Assembly: GCA_018665815.1 (NCBI GenBank)
Contig: JABJBP010000007.1
Coordinates: 857-64,856 of the forward strand
Direction of reading: 5' to 3'
Length of the DNA: 64,000 nucleotides
Source: Rhodospirillaceae bacterium
GTDB lineage: Bacteria > Pseudomonadota > Alphaproteobacteria > Rhodospirillales > Casp-alpha2
The notes under the pieces are model-generated. The model did no database searches and was not told the DNA's origin. It saw nothing but the letters and a program-made list of their open reading frames with translations. The position numbers and the translations under genes are program-made. Below are positions 18,790-27,751 of this stretch, one piece after another. The number at the start of each line of letters is the position of its first letter. The first letter of the stretch is position 1.

Positions 18790-19366
18790 TACATCCCCCA
18801 TGCAATCCGCCCTTAACGGCATCGCTCAGCCCGGCGACTTCGGCGCCGACCAGCCCGCCGGGCCGGGCGTCACCATCACCGAACGCCAAGGCCTGCAGAT
18901 CCTGCACGTCGCCGGCGATATTCGGGACGCAGAATTCCCGTCTCAGGTCCGCCATGCCATCGGCCTGCCGTTACCCATGAGCGCCGGCGAAACACGCGCC
19001 TCGCAAGGCACCCGCGTCCTCTGGCTCGGCCCCGACCGATGGTTGGTGGCGACTGAAGATGCCCTGCCGGCCTTGTCAGACGCCGCCGCCGTCAATGATG
19101 TTGGCCAGGGCCGGTTGGTCCTGCGGCTCACCGGCCCCCGGGTTCGCGATATCTTAGCCAAGGGCTGCCCACTTGATCTCCACGCCAGTGCCTTCCCCAC
19201 GGGGCACTGCGCCGAAAGCCTGATCGGGCACATCGGCGTGACCATCGATTGCACTGCAGACGAGACCTTCGATCTTTACGTCAACCGCTCCTATGCCGCA
19301 TTCTTTTGGGAATGGCTGACCCGGGCGGCCATGGAGTACGGCTATCGGGTGCTGCCAGCGGGTTAG
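18782..19366 (+). CDS. soxG: Sarcosine oxidase, gamma subunit
   Basis: SoxG-like size and position. GTG 18782 overlaps the soxA stop (GTGGCTGA). ATG 18800 is an alternative start. Confidence 0.75.
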   Translation: MADTSPMQSALNGIAQPGDFGADQPAGPGVTITERQGLQILHVAGDIRDAEFPSQVRHAIGLPLPMSAGETRASQGTRVLWLGPDRWLVATEDALPALSDAAAVNDVGQGRLVLRLTGPRVRDILAKGCPLDLHASAFPTGHCAESLIGHIGVTIDCTADETFDLYVNRSYAAFFWEWLTRAAMEYGYRVLPAG

Positions 19367-19613
19367 ATTTCTTCCCAGAGCTTATCCTCGAAATCCAATT
19401 CCTTCTCGAAGGCCGCCATTTCGCTGCCCGGGAAGTCGCGCAGCGACACGACCCCGAAGCTCAGCGGCGACATGGCGCTCGGCCATGCGCTTCGCGACCT
19501 CGCGCACATGCGTCACTTTAAGCAAGTCCTGATTGCCGACATTTTCTCTCAAGGCACGACGGGGCATTGAGCGCCTCCGTGCGCCGAGCATTGCAGAAGT
19601 TCAGGTGTTTGGG

Positions 19614-21350
19614 TTAGGCGAGACTTTCATCCAACAGCGTTTCGCCCGGCCTCACTCGGGTGAACTCGACCGGCACGCGCGACGTTTCGATGGTCTCGCC
19701 ATTGAGCACGACCTTGGTGAACCAGGAATTCTCGATATCACGGGCTTCGGGGAAATCTTCGCGGAAATGCGCGCCGCGGGAATCTTCCCGGGCTTCGGCA
19801 CCGGCGACAATGGAGCGGCTGGTCAACATCAGGTTTTTGAGGTTCATCCAGTCGTGCCAAGTCAGGTTATAAGCGAGGTTCGTCGCATCAATGCCACTTT
19901 CGTCCAACTCGGCCTCCAGGTCGGCTAGGCCGTCCTTGGCGCGCGTCAGACTGGCGGCGTCGCGGATGATGCCGGCGTCTTCCCACATCAAATCATAAAG
20001 CCGTTCGCGAATGCCGTTCATATCGCCGGGCCGCTTGGAAAACGGTGCGCGGCATCGCCCGATGGAGGCATCGATGGCTTCGAGATCGGGTTCCCGGCGC
20101 GCGCCGGCGCCGGGCATCCATTCTGCGATGGCATCGCCGGCCAGGCCGCCGAAGACGGTGGAATTGGCGACCCCGTTGCCGCCCAACCGATTGGCACCGT
20201 GCACGCCACCGGTATCTTCGCCGGCGGCAAACAGGCCTTCAATTTCAGTGGAGCAATCGACGTTGAACTCGACGCCGCCCATCATGTAATGCGCGGTGGG
20301 CACGACCTCGACATTGCCCGACACCAAATCAAAGCCACAATCGGCGCAGCGCTCAACCATGCCCTTGAACAATCGCCGGACCTCGGGCGGGTCGAGGTGC
20401 GCCATGGTGATATAGAGCCCACCGTTGGCACCAACATTGCCGGCCCGCATTTCGGTAAACATGCCACGGCTGACGATATCGCGGGTCGCGCGCTCATTCC
20501 GCTCATCGTATTTGTGCATGAACCGCTGCTCGTCGCCGCCCAACAAGTAACCGCCGAAACCACGGAGGCCTTCTTCGATGATGGTTCCGGTGATCCGCGT
20601 ATCGGGGCCGGCAATCAGGCCGGTCGGGTGGAACTGCACCATTTCCATATCACGGAGACCTAAGCCGGCGCGCATGAGCATGGCCAAGCCGTCGCAGCTC
20701 TTGTCGCCCGATGGGGTGTGGTACTTGTACATGGTCGGCCCACCGCCGGTACCGACCAGCACAGCTTTGGCGCGGACAAAGGAAAACGCGCCGGTGCGCA
20801 TGTCGTTCATCAAGACACCAGAGATCGCGGAGCCGTCGGGGGTTTTGATCAGCTCGATGGCCCGATGATCTTCCAGACGCCGCACACCTTTCGCCCAAAC
20901 CTGCTCGGCCAGGCGGTTGATAATCTCGATGCCGGTCAGATCGCCCTTGTGGACGGTCCGGTCAAAGGTCTGTCCAGCGAAGGCTTTTTGGTGAACGGTG
21001 CCGTCCGGGTTGCGGTCGAAATAGCATCCCAGTTCGTTTTCGAGCTCGCGGATACGGACCTGCGCCTCGACCACCAGCTTCCATGCCAGTTCCTGGTTGT
21101 TCAGCCACTTGCCGCCCTCAATGGTATCCATGAAATGGCGCTCAGTAGAATCGCCCGGCGCCAGGGCGACGTTGTAGCCGCCTTGGACCATCCGCGTGCA
21201 GCCGGTCTTACCGAACAAACCCTTGACCGCGACGGTGACATCCAAATCCGGGTTACCTTGCAAGATATGCAACACGCCGAATAACCCGGCACCGCCCGAG
21301 CCCAGCACCAGAACGTCGGTCTCAATTGTCGGGATATCGATTGAACTCAT
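19614..21350 (-). CDS. Succinate dehydrogenase / fumarate reductase-type FAD flavoprotein subunit (atypical)
   Basis: 578 aa with VLVLGSGGAGL, FHPTG, AHYMMGG, HGANRLGGN and ESRGAHFREDFP motifs. The start overlaps the upstream hydro-lyase beta gene by 4 nt. Confidence 0.85.
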   Translation of the reverse strand: MSSIDIPTIETDVLVLGSGGAGLFGVLHILQGNPDLDVTVAVKGLFGKTGCTRMVQGGYNVALAPGDSTERHFMDTIEGGKWLNNQELAWKLVVEAQVRIRELENELGCYFDRNPDGTVHQKAFAGQTFDRTVHKGDLTGIEIINRLAEQVWAKGVRRLEDHRAIELIKTPDGSAISGVLMNDMRTGAFSFVRAKAVLVGTGGGPTMYKYHTPSGDKSCDGLAMLMRAGLGLRDMEMVQFHPTGLIAGPDTRITGTIIEEGLRGFGGYLLGGDEQRFMHKYDERNERATRDIVSRGMFTEMRAGNVGANGGLYITMAHLDPPEVRRLFKGMVERCADCGFDLVSGNVEVVPTAHYMMGGVEFNVDCSTEIEGLFAAGEDTGGVHGANRLGGNGVANSTVFGGLAGDAIAEWMPGAGARREPDLEAIDASIGRCRAPFSKRPGDMNGIRERLYDLMWEDAGIIRDAASLTRAKDGLADLEAELDESGIDATNLAYNLTWHDWMNLKNLMLTSRSIVAGAEAREDSRGAHFREDFPEARDIENSWFTKVVLNGETIETSRVPVEFTRVRPGETLLDESLA

Positions 21351-21958
21351 GCGCCGACGCCCATTTTCGCCAAGACCTCGGCGCGCCGATCGGTCATGGT
21401 TTCCTTAACCTTGTCATAGAGCGATCCGCCGTGGCTATCCATGGCCACCAGTAGCGGCCCGAAATCCTTGATCTTGAACTGCCAGAGGCTTTCCGGGTTC
21501 AAATCATCCATATCGATATCGGTGATCTGTTCAATCCAGGTGGTCTCCAAGGCCGCGGTGCCACCAATAATCGCCAGATAAACACCACCTAGGTCTTGAA
21601 ACGCTTGGCGCGAGTCTTCGCCGAGCCCACCCTTGCCGATAATTATCCTGACCCCTTCGCGTTCCATCAACGGGCGCGAGAAGCGTTCCATGCGCATCGA
21701 CGTGGTGGTCCCAATGCAGACACTTTCATAGCCCGTTGGGCAGCTGTTCGAGACCGGCACCTTGCGGACGTTGGGTGCGGTGTGAATGACCGCGTGGCCT
21801 TTCAAATCGAGTCGGATCTCACGGCCATGGTCGAACATGTGGATTTGCGTGGCATCACGGATACCGAACAACCAATCTTGCAAGGTGACCGTGTCGCCGG
21901 CTTTAATCTGGCGGATATCGGATTCCGTGCACGGCATAGTGATTTCATGATGGGTCAT
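21347..21958 (-). CDS. Fe-S hydro-lyase, tartrate/fumarate subfamily, beta subunit (TtdB / class I fumarase C-terminal domain-like)
   Basis: 203 aa with typical beta-subunit layout: KAGDTVTLQDWLFGIRDATQ...IIGKGG...AIIGGTAAL. Confidence 0.8.
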   Translation of the reverse strand: MTHHEITMPCTESDIRQIKAGDTVTLQDWLFGIRDATQIHMFDHGREIRLDLKGHAVIHTAPNVRKVPVSNSCPTGYESVCIGTTTSMRMERFSRPLMEREGVRIIIGKGGLGEDSRQAFQDLGGVYLAIIGGTAALETTWIEQITDIDMDDLNPESLWQFKIKDFGPLLVAMDSHGGSLYDKVKETMTDRRAEVLAKMGVGA

Positions 21959-21972
21959 TGATCATGTCTCCC

Positions 21973-22848
21973 TTAAAATCCGAACTCGACGCCGGCCGGC
22001 GTAAAGGTTGCCCGCGCCCGCCTGGCCGAATGGCACATGATGTTGACCGCCACCGGGTTCATGGTGATATGGGTGGCCGCCGTCTCAACCTGCACGGAGA
22101 ACGCGGTGGAATCACCGCCCAAACCTTGCGGGCCGATGCCCAGGCTGTTCACCGCATCGGAAAGCGTGCGTTCCAGTTCGGCGCCCATGGGATCGTCACA
22201 GACCGAGCCCAGGGGCCGGGTCGCCGCAACCTTGGCCAACTTGGTGCAAAGATCAGACGTGCCGCCGACACCGACGCCGACAATCGTCGGCGGACAGACC
22301 TTGCCGCCGGCTTCCATGACTTTGTCGATGACGAAAGTCTTGATGCCATCGACACCATCGGCAGGGATGCACATCTTCAAAAATGAGCCGTTCTCCGAAC
22401 CCGAGCCTTTCGGCACCATCTCAATTTCCAACACCTCGCCGGCATCGGAAAAATCGATGCCGATCACTGGCACCTTTCGGCCGCACGATGTGTGTTCGTT
22501 TTCCCGGGTGATCGGATGGACGACGGATGAGCGCAGCGGGTATTCCTTGGTGGCCCGCTCACAGCCCTTGCGGATCGCCTGCTTCAGCGCGTAGCCATCG
22601 ACATCAACGTCGCGCCCAATGGTCACGTTGTAGATGGGAATACCGGTGTCCTGGCATAAAAGATTATCCGTTTCCTCGGCGACCGCGATATTCTGGATCA
22701 TCGTCGCCAGGATGCTTTTGCCTGTCGGGTCGGTTTCCGACGCATCGAGGCGCTGGAATCCTTCCTTGATATCGTCGGGCAGCACTTTCAGGGCTTGGAT
22801 GTAGAGCCGCTTGGCGGCTTCTTCGACTGCATCGAGATCAGGTGTCAT
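21973..22848 (-). CDS. Fe-S hydro-lyase, tartrate/fumarate subfamily, alpha subunit (TtdA / class I fumarase N-terminal domain-like)
   Basis: 291 aa with the LCQDTGIP motif and GGKVCPPTIVGVGVGGT. Confidence 0.8.
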   Translation of the reverse strand: MTPDLDAVEEAAKRLYIQALKVLPDDIKEGFQRLDASETDPTGKSILATMIQNIAVAEETDNLLCQDTGIPIYNVTIGRDVDVDGYALKQAIRKGCERATKEYPLRSSVVHPITRENEHTSCGRKVPVIGIDFSDAGEVLEIEMVPKGSGSENGSFLKMCIPADGVDGIKTFVIDKVMEAGGKVCPPTIVGVGVGGTSDLCTKLAKVAATRPLGSVCDDPMGAELERTLSDAVNSLGIGPQGLGGDSTAFSVQVETAATHITMNPVAVNIMCHSARRARATFTPAGVEFGF

Positions 22849-22860
22849 GTCGTGTTCTCC

Positions 22861-23583
22861 TCAAATCACCAGCGTCAATCCGGAGACGGCCAGCATGGCC
22901 AGCACCAGACGACGGAAAAGTTGTTCGTTCAGGCGGCGGTAAAGCGCGATCCCGATGACCGTGCCGACAATGATCGCCGGCAAGCCCCACAAAAAACGCG
23001 TGGCGGTTTCCCAGGTCACCAAGCCGGCCCAGGCCATGGAGGCCAGCGAAAGAATATGCATGGCTAGAATGTAGGGTTGGGCGACGCCGCGTGCCTGTTG
23101 CTTGGGCCATCCGCGAAGCCCGCACCAGACAGCGGGAATGGCGCCCGACATCCCGGCCAGACCGCCCAGCACACCACCAATCCCGCCGGCGATGGCATCA
23201 AGAAATTTGCCGCCGGCCTTGAGAACCGGTGGATTGCGCATCGCTAATAGGCCCGCGCCATAGAGAAATAATAATGCGCCCACGGCCAGTCGGAAGGGCT
23301 CGGCTGCAATCTGTGAAAGAAGCCACGTCCCAATGGGCACCCCCAGCGCGCCCAAGCCTAAGAACGGTACCAGGAATTTGAAATCCAATTCCTTGTATAA
23401 TCGGGCCAGGGCGATGACATGGATGGTCAACCCGGTCATGACGATGAGGGGCGCAGCGACGGAGGGCTCGAAGACATGAAGCCACACGGCGGCGGCGGCC
23501 AGCGCATCACCAAACCCGGCCGCCCCCACGACAAAGGCGGCCAGAAAGGCGCCCAACACCAAGATGTAAACTTCAGGCGGCAT
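22861..23583 (-). CDS. TauE/SafE (TSUP) family anion permease, copy 1
   Basis: 240 aa polytopic protein. Gly-rich helices GAAGFGDA and GGIGGVLGG are typical of the family. Embedded inside the SDH-like/hydro-lyase operon. Confidence 0.75.
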   Translation of the reverse strand: MPPEVYILVLGAFLAAFVVGAAGFGDALAAAAVWLHVFEPSVAAPLIVMTGLTIHVIALARLYKELDFKFLVPFLGLGALGVPIGTWLLSQIAAEPFRLAVGALLFLYGAGLLAMRNPPVLKAGGKFLDAIAGGIGGVLGGLAGMSGAIPAVWCGLRGWPKQQARGVAQPYILAMHILSLASMAWAGLVTWETATRFLWGLPAIIVGTVIGIALYRRLNEQLFRRLVLAMLAVSGLTLVI

Positions 23584-23914
23584 TCAATAAATACACCAAT
23601 CCAATGAATAGGCTCACACCCGCGCTCAGCGCGACGATGGTCTTTTGGCCATCACGCCACGGCAGGAACTCAACGGCCAACAGGCGCAGCCCACCGGTCA
23701 TGTGGGCGGCTAGCAAAACAATCAGCACGGTCTCGGCGACCTTCACCATGGGCATCTCGGCCCAGACCAAAAAGCCATCAAAGACCGAGGCCTTTTTGAT
23801 CGCCAAATACAGCACCTGGAAATGCACCGGCAGAAATAGCGCCAGCGCGATGCCCGATACCCGGTGCACGACAAACGCCCAATAGTTGGGATGATCGCGG
23901 TGCGAGGTTTTCAT
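23573..23914 (-). CDS. Small hydrophobic anchor subunit (FrdC/SdhC-like)
   Basis: About 113 aa from ATG 23914, starting MKTSHRDHPNYWAFVVHRVSGIALALF, with three predicted TM helices. The start overlaps the previous stop (TGATG). Function assigned from position next to the Fe-S subunit. Confidence 0.55.
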   Translation of the reverse strand: MKTSHRDHPNYWAFVVHRVSGIALALFLPVHFQVLYLAIKKASVFDGFLVWAEMPMVKVAETVLIVLLAAHMTGGLRLLAVEFLPWRDGQKTIVALSAGVSLFIGLVYLLNAA

Positions 23915-24288
23915 CACGCGCCTCCCAACATGTAAAAACGGATCGCCACCTTGAGCCCCAAATAACCCAGCATGACGGCGGCCAGGAAACACAACAGATT
24001 GATCCGGCCCATGGAGAGCTTGGTCATCTCATTCAAGATGGCGCGCAAACCGATGGGCGCATGAACCGTGATGGCCAGCACGAAGACACCGTAGAACACC
24101 AACCAAACTTCACTGCCGCCAACGCGACCGACGATTTCGGCCGCCGATAGGCCGCCTTGGACGGCCATGATGATGGTCGCCAGATGAACGACAATACAAA
24201 GCGCGAGAACCATGGCGCTGACGCGCTGCGCCAACCAGAGCCGGGCTTCGGTTTGTGGGTTCGAGGGCACTGCCGTTTCCTCGATCAT
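23914..24288 (-). CDS. Small hydrophobic anchor subunit (FrdD/SdhD-like)
   Basis: 124 aa with three TM helices and conserved-looking His residues (VVHL, TVHAPIGLR). Shows a 4-nt overlap with the Fe-S subunit gene. Confidence 0.55.
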   Translation of the reverse strand: MIEETAVPSNPQTEARLWLAQRVSAMVLALCIVVHLATIIMAVQGGLSAAEIVGRVGGSEVWLVFYGVFVLAITVHAPIGLRAILNEMTKLSMGRINLLCFLAAVMLGYLGLKVAIRFYMLGGA

Positions 24289-25010
24289 TTCAGCTCCCCC
24301 TTCAGCGCGGCCATGGCCGTGGCCCGCTTCAACCCGGCAATGGACGCCGTCGGATTGAGATGCTTCGGGCAGCGCTCAACGCAGCCTTGTTGGGAATGAC
24401 ACGCCTGACAGCCGCCGGTTCCCGATACAGCCTTCAGGCGTGATAGTCGGCCCGTGTCCCGTTCGTCGTTGATCAAGGTCCAGGCCCGGTTCAATGCTGC
24501 CGGGCCTAAGTATTCCGTATTCCACGCGACGACATCGCAAGTCGCATAACAAACCCCGCAGCCGATGCACTCGATCCCGGCGCTGGCCTCCTGGCGGCGC
24601 TTGTCGTCGGGGGAAACTTTGGCGAAATCATCGTGGCGGGTCGAACCGCCAACAAATCGGGCTTCCGCCTTCGCCCATTTATCAAAGAAATCCGTCATGT
24701 CTACAGACAGGTCTTTAATGACCTTAAGGTTTCTGAGCGGCGCGACTTCAAGGCGACCGTCCTCAATTACCTTCGAGACGTGCGTGCGGCACGTCCAGCG
24801 CGGCTTTCCATTGACCGTCATGGCGCATGAGCCGCAAACGCCCACCCGGCACGCAAACCGGTAACTCAAGTTCGGGTCCAGGCGGCGCTGGATATAGGTG
24901 ATCACATCGAGCACGGTCTGGCTCTCCATGCGCGGCACTTCGTAGTCCTGATAGCGCCCGACCTCATCGTCGCCACGCCACACGGAAACCGTAAATGTTT
25001 CTTCGCTCAC
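24285..25010 (-). CDS. Succinate dehydrogenase / fumarate reductase-type iron-sulfur subunit
   Basis: 241 aa with three Cys clusters: CRVGVCGSCAMTVNG..C (2Fe-2S), CIGCGVCYATC, and CQACHSQQGCVERCP. Confidence 0.85.
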   Translation of the reverse strand: MSEETFTVSVWRGDDEVGRYQDYEVPRMESQTVLDVITYIQRRLDPNLSYRFACRVGVCGSCAMTVNGKPRWTCRTHVSKVIEDGRLEVAPLRNLKVIKDLSVDMTDFFDKWAKAEARFVGGSTRHDDFAKVSPDDKRRQEASAGIECIGCGVCYATCDVVAWNTEYLGPAALNRAWTLINDERDTGRLSRLKAVSGTGGCQACHSQQGCVERCPKHLNPTASIAGLKRATAMAALKGELK

Positions 25011-25838
25011 TTATCCGTCTCCTCTGTGGGGCGCGAATTCGATCACGCAGCCGAACCCCGCCGCCGGAGTAATCCAAATCGTTTCGGCGGTTTCCTCATA
25101 GGCAACGCGGTTTTCTTCCAGACACGTCCGGGCCGCTTCCATATCGCTCACGGCAACTCGAAAACCGGCATAACTCGATGCGATCTCGGCGCCGGCAAAG
25201 CGTGCGGCAAAAGCCTCTGGCGTAATCACGCTTGTCTTTCCGCCGATCGGGTCGAGATCAAGACCGTTCAGCAGTTTCGCCGGTGCGGCGCCGTCATCGG
25301 CAACCATAAACATTTCTGAAATCGTCACCGCGCCGTTGGCATGATTTTGATATTCCGGCTTCCAAAACAGGTCCGGGCGCCATTGCTGGCAGGTGAAGGC
25401 GACAGCGTCGGGCAATTCAGGCACTGTCGCGAAAGCCAAGGTGAAACCCACCGTCGCCGTACTGCCATCGGGCAACGCGGCGTCGCGAGAAAAATCGAAC
25501 ATTTCGTACGTATCGAGCCCGGCGGCTTTGAAGTCATCGCGGTCGGCGGCAGCGGTGGTGGTTTGCAGAACCATCATACTCATGCCCTGGCGGCGAGCCA
25601 GGAAGTCCCGGTTGTAAGCGCCGAAGCTGAAACTGCCCGGTTCGGCTTCGGGGACGTTTTCGGGTTCGGTGACCGAAAGCACTTCCAGGAAACAACCCTG
25701 CAACTGCGCCAGCCGGTTACCGGTCCCAAACGGGTGTTGGGCCGGCGGCGTCAGGGTGAAGCCGATGGCCTCATAAAACCGGGCGGCCTTGTCCAAGTCA
25801 TTCACCGCCAACACCAAATGATCGAAGGCACGGCTCAT
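25011..25838 (-). CDS. VOC (glyoxalase/dioxygenase) superfamily protein, two-domain
   Basis: 275 aa. Opens FDHLVLAVNDLDKAARFYEAIGF, typical of a VOC N-terminus. A second beta-alpha-beta-beta-beta repeat follows. Confidence 0.65.
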   Translation of the reverse strand: MSRAFDHLVLAVNDLDKAARFYEAIGFTLTPPAQHPFGTGNRLAQLQGCFLEVLSVTEPENVPEAEPGSFSFGAYNRDFLARRQGMSMMVLQTTTAAADRDDFKAAGLDTYEMFDFSRDAALPDGSTATVGFTLAFATVPELPDAVAFTCQQWRPDLFWKPEYQNHANGAVTISEMFMVADDGAAPAKLLNGLDLDPIGGKTSVITPEAFAARFAGAEIASSYAGFRVAVSDMEAARTCLEENRVAYEETAETIWITPAAGFGCVIEFAPHRGDG

Positions 25839-26254
25839 CCGGCAGCCTTTTCGATCGTCACTTGGCCACTGGCCGGATCGACATGCACGTGGTCGCCCGT
25901 TTGAATGGCCTGAGTGATGTCGCTCTCGAAGCGGTCAATCAATGGGAACGCGGCAAAAGCAGCGCCTTGGGCGATGATTGGGTTGGCGTAATTCAACAAC
26001 AATGCCGCCGGCGCCATCTTGCGCGATGCCATTTCGTGCAGCATCCAGGCCGTCGCCACGCCGCCCTTAGCGATGTTCAAGACCAGCATTTTGCCGACAT
26101 AATTCTCGCCGCAGAGCTTGTGCGCGGGCCTAGAAAACACACCTTTGATCCGGTCTAGGTCATAGCGCGCCGAGAAGTTGTCATCGGCGACCAGCGCAAT
26201 ACCGCTGGCCGCGGGGCCGATGCCGGCGTGGCCTTTCAAAATGACCGCGCTCAT
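25835..26254 (-). CDS. Aconitase X swivel-domain small subunit (DUF126)
   Basis: Reads MSAVILKGHAGIGPAASGIALVADDNFSARYDLD...GKMLVLNIAKGG. ATG 26254 overlaps the large-subunit stop (ATGA). Confidence 0.7.
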   Translation of the reverse strand: MSAVILKGHAGIGPAASGIALVADDNFSARYDLDRIKGVFSRPAHKLCGENYVGKMLVLNIAKGGVATAWMLHEMASRKMAPAALLLNYANPIIAQGAAFAAFPLIDRFESDITQAIQTGDHVHVDPASGQVTIEKAAG

Positions 26255-27501
26255 TTCACTACCCTCCCCGCCACGGCGGACGCAATACAACGCTCCATAT
26301 CGGCTAGCACGGGTTTATAGCCGTAGCCGCCGATGATGTTGGTGAGTTTCGCCGAGTTCGTCATCAATTGGGTCCAGCCGTTGGCCTCGCCCAGTTCGCG
26401 GGCGTGCATCTGATAGAAGCACACGCCTTCCAATACCACCGCGCCGGCATCCTCCATCGCCGCCGTCAGGCCCATTCGGTCCGACGCGTTTTTGTTTTCC
26501 GGATTGGTCGCAATCAGCACGGCGACATCCGGGTCAATCTGTTGGCCACGCAGCAGGTCAGCGCATTTCTGCATCTCTAAAAGCGACAATTGCGGGGCGG
26601 CGAACACCACCACATCCAAGGCGTCGTCATCACCACCGTACTCGCCTAGGAAGCTCTCAAAATCACCGGTACCGAACACAACTGGCTCGGGCGGCATGCC
26701 GTCGAACACAGTCTTGAGATCGGGCGCTTCCGGCGTGACGCCAATCATGTGGAACAATGCCGTTGACCCGAAACTCGCCAACGCCGCGCCGAAATGCTTC
26801 AGGTCATCGGAAGTCGGCGCCGGCCCCGTAACGCCGTCAATCACGGGCACCTGAAAATACGACCCCATCTGGCGCCCGATCATGCCACCGAGCGCCCCCC
26901 ACTCGGTCCAATTGCAGGGCCGGTGTTCAAGCACGAAGCGTGCAGTGCCGCGACGGTGTTGATCCAAATGAAAACCATAACGCGGCGTGCGGCCTGTCAT
27001 GGCGGCGGCCAGGGCCGATGGCCCGCCTTCATAGTTGGTCCTGGCACCCTGGACAGAATTTGAATAAATCACGACGCCCGTGTCGCCCATCGCCAGGTGC
27101 TCGCCCAGGACCGGCGGCATCATTGTTTGGTAGTTAATGCAGGTATCCGTCATCAATATGCCAAGCGCCCGAAACGCCGTGTCGGCGCGACGTTCCAAGG
27201 CAACATACGCCTCATCGTGGCTGATCCGCTCATAGGCGTTGAAGTCGGCACCGCGCGGATCGGTGATGGTGGGGATTACAACGCGTGTCTGATCAGGCGG
27301 CAGTGCGGCCAGTTCTTCCATAAAGGCAACGCCGGCTTCTCCCAGGCTTTCCGTGTCCGCCATAATGTGCGCTTGGGCGACCTCGACAAAATCCTCGGCA
27401 TCGAAAAAATCGCCGATCTCAATTTGCTGCGCCAGGGCACGGCGGCGGGCTTCCCCTTGCTCGCCGGCCAAAATCGCTTGTTCTGCATCCGTTAATCGCA
27501 T
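26251..27501 (-). CDS. Aconitase X catalytic large subunit (DUF521)
   Basis: 416 aa with MRLTDAEQAILAGEQGEARRRAL...VAQAHI, typical of an AcnX N-terminus. Paired with the DUF126 gene. Confidence 0.75.
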   Translation of the reverse strand: MRLTDAEQAILAGEQGEARRRALAQQIEIGDFFDAEDFVEVAQAHIMADTESLGEAGVAFMEELAALPPDQTRVVIPTITDPRGADFNAYERISHDEAYVALERRADTAFRALGILMTDTCINYQTMMPPVLGEHLAMGDTGVVIYSNSVQGARTNYEGGPSALAAAMTGRTPRYGFHLDQHRRGTARFVLEHRPCNWTEWGALGGMIGRQMGSYFQVPVIDGVTGPAPTSDDLKHFGAALASFGSTALFHMIGVTPEAPDLKTVFDGMPPEPVVFGTGDFESFLGEYGGDDDALDVVVFAAPQLSLLEMQKCADLLRGQQIDPDVAVLIATNPENKNASDRMGLTAAMEDAGAVVLEGVCFYQMHARELGEANGWTQLMTNSAKLTNIIGGYGYKPVLADMERCIASAVAGRVVK

Positions 27502-27507
27502 GGCCGC

Positions 27508-27729
27508 TTACTCATCATCTTGTTGAAAGTTCATCCGGCGCTGCTGTTCATCCAAGGCCAGAACCAGCAAGGCGAGGCGCGCCATATCCATATTCGACCA
27601 ACCTGCCGTCACCGTACCGTCTTTCCACAACACCGAAACGGCAACCGAATCGATATCATCTAAGTTCTCCAACCCGCTTTGAAAAATCTCAGCGGGGGTG
27701 GTGCCGTGTAGACTTGTGACCGTTCCCAT
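27508..27729 (-). CDS. Small acidic protein of unknown function (73 aa)
   Basis: ATG 27729 is preceded by GGAGGA. Wedged between the DUF3604-like and AcnX genes with gaps of 22 nt upstream and 6 nt downstream. Sequence is MGTVTSLHGTTPAEIFQSGLENLDDIDSVAVSVLWKDGTVTAGWSNMDMARLALLVLALDEQQRRMNFQQDDE. Confidence 0.5.
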   Translation of the reverse strand: MGTVTSLHGTTPAEIFQSGLENLDDIDSVAVSVLWKDGTVTAGWSNMDMARLALLVLALDEQQRRMNFQQDDE

Positions 27730-27751
27730 GGGGTGTTCCTCCGGGCGTTCC

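Noticed and set aside
19367-19613. 69-aa ORF (19382-19591, minus strand) and a shorter alternative frame ending ...EKELDFEDKLWEEI in the convergent soxG / flavoprotein spacer
   Set aside because: The ORF is Arg-rich with no RBS and no recognisable family. The alternative frame is under 50 aa. It could be a small protein or a gene remnant, but the sequence alone does not support a call.
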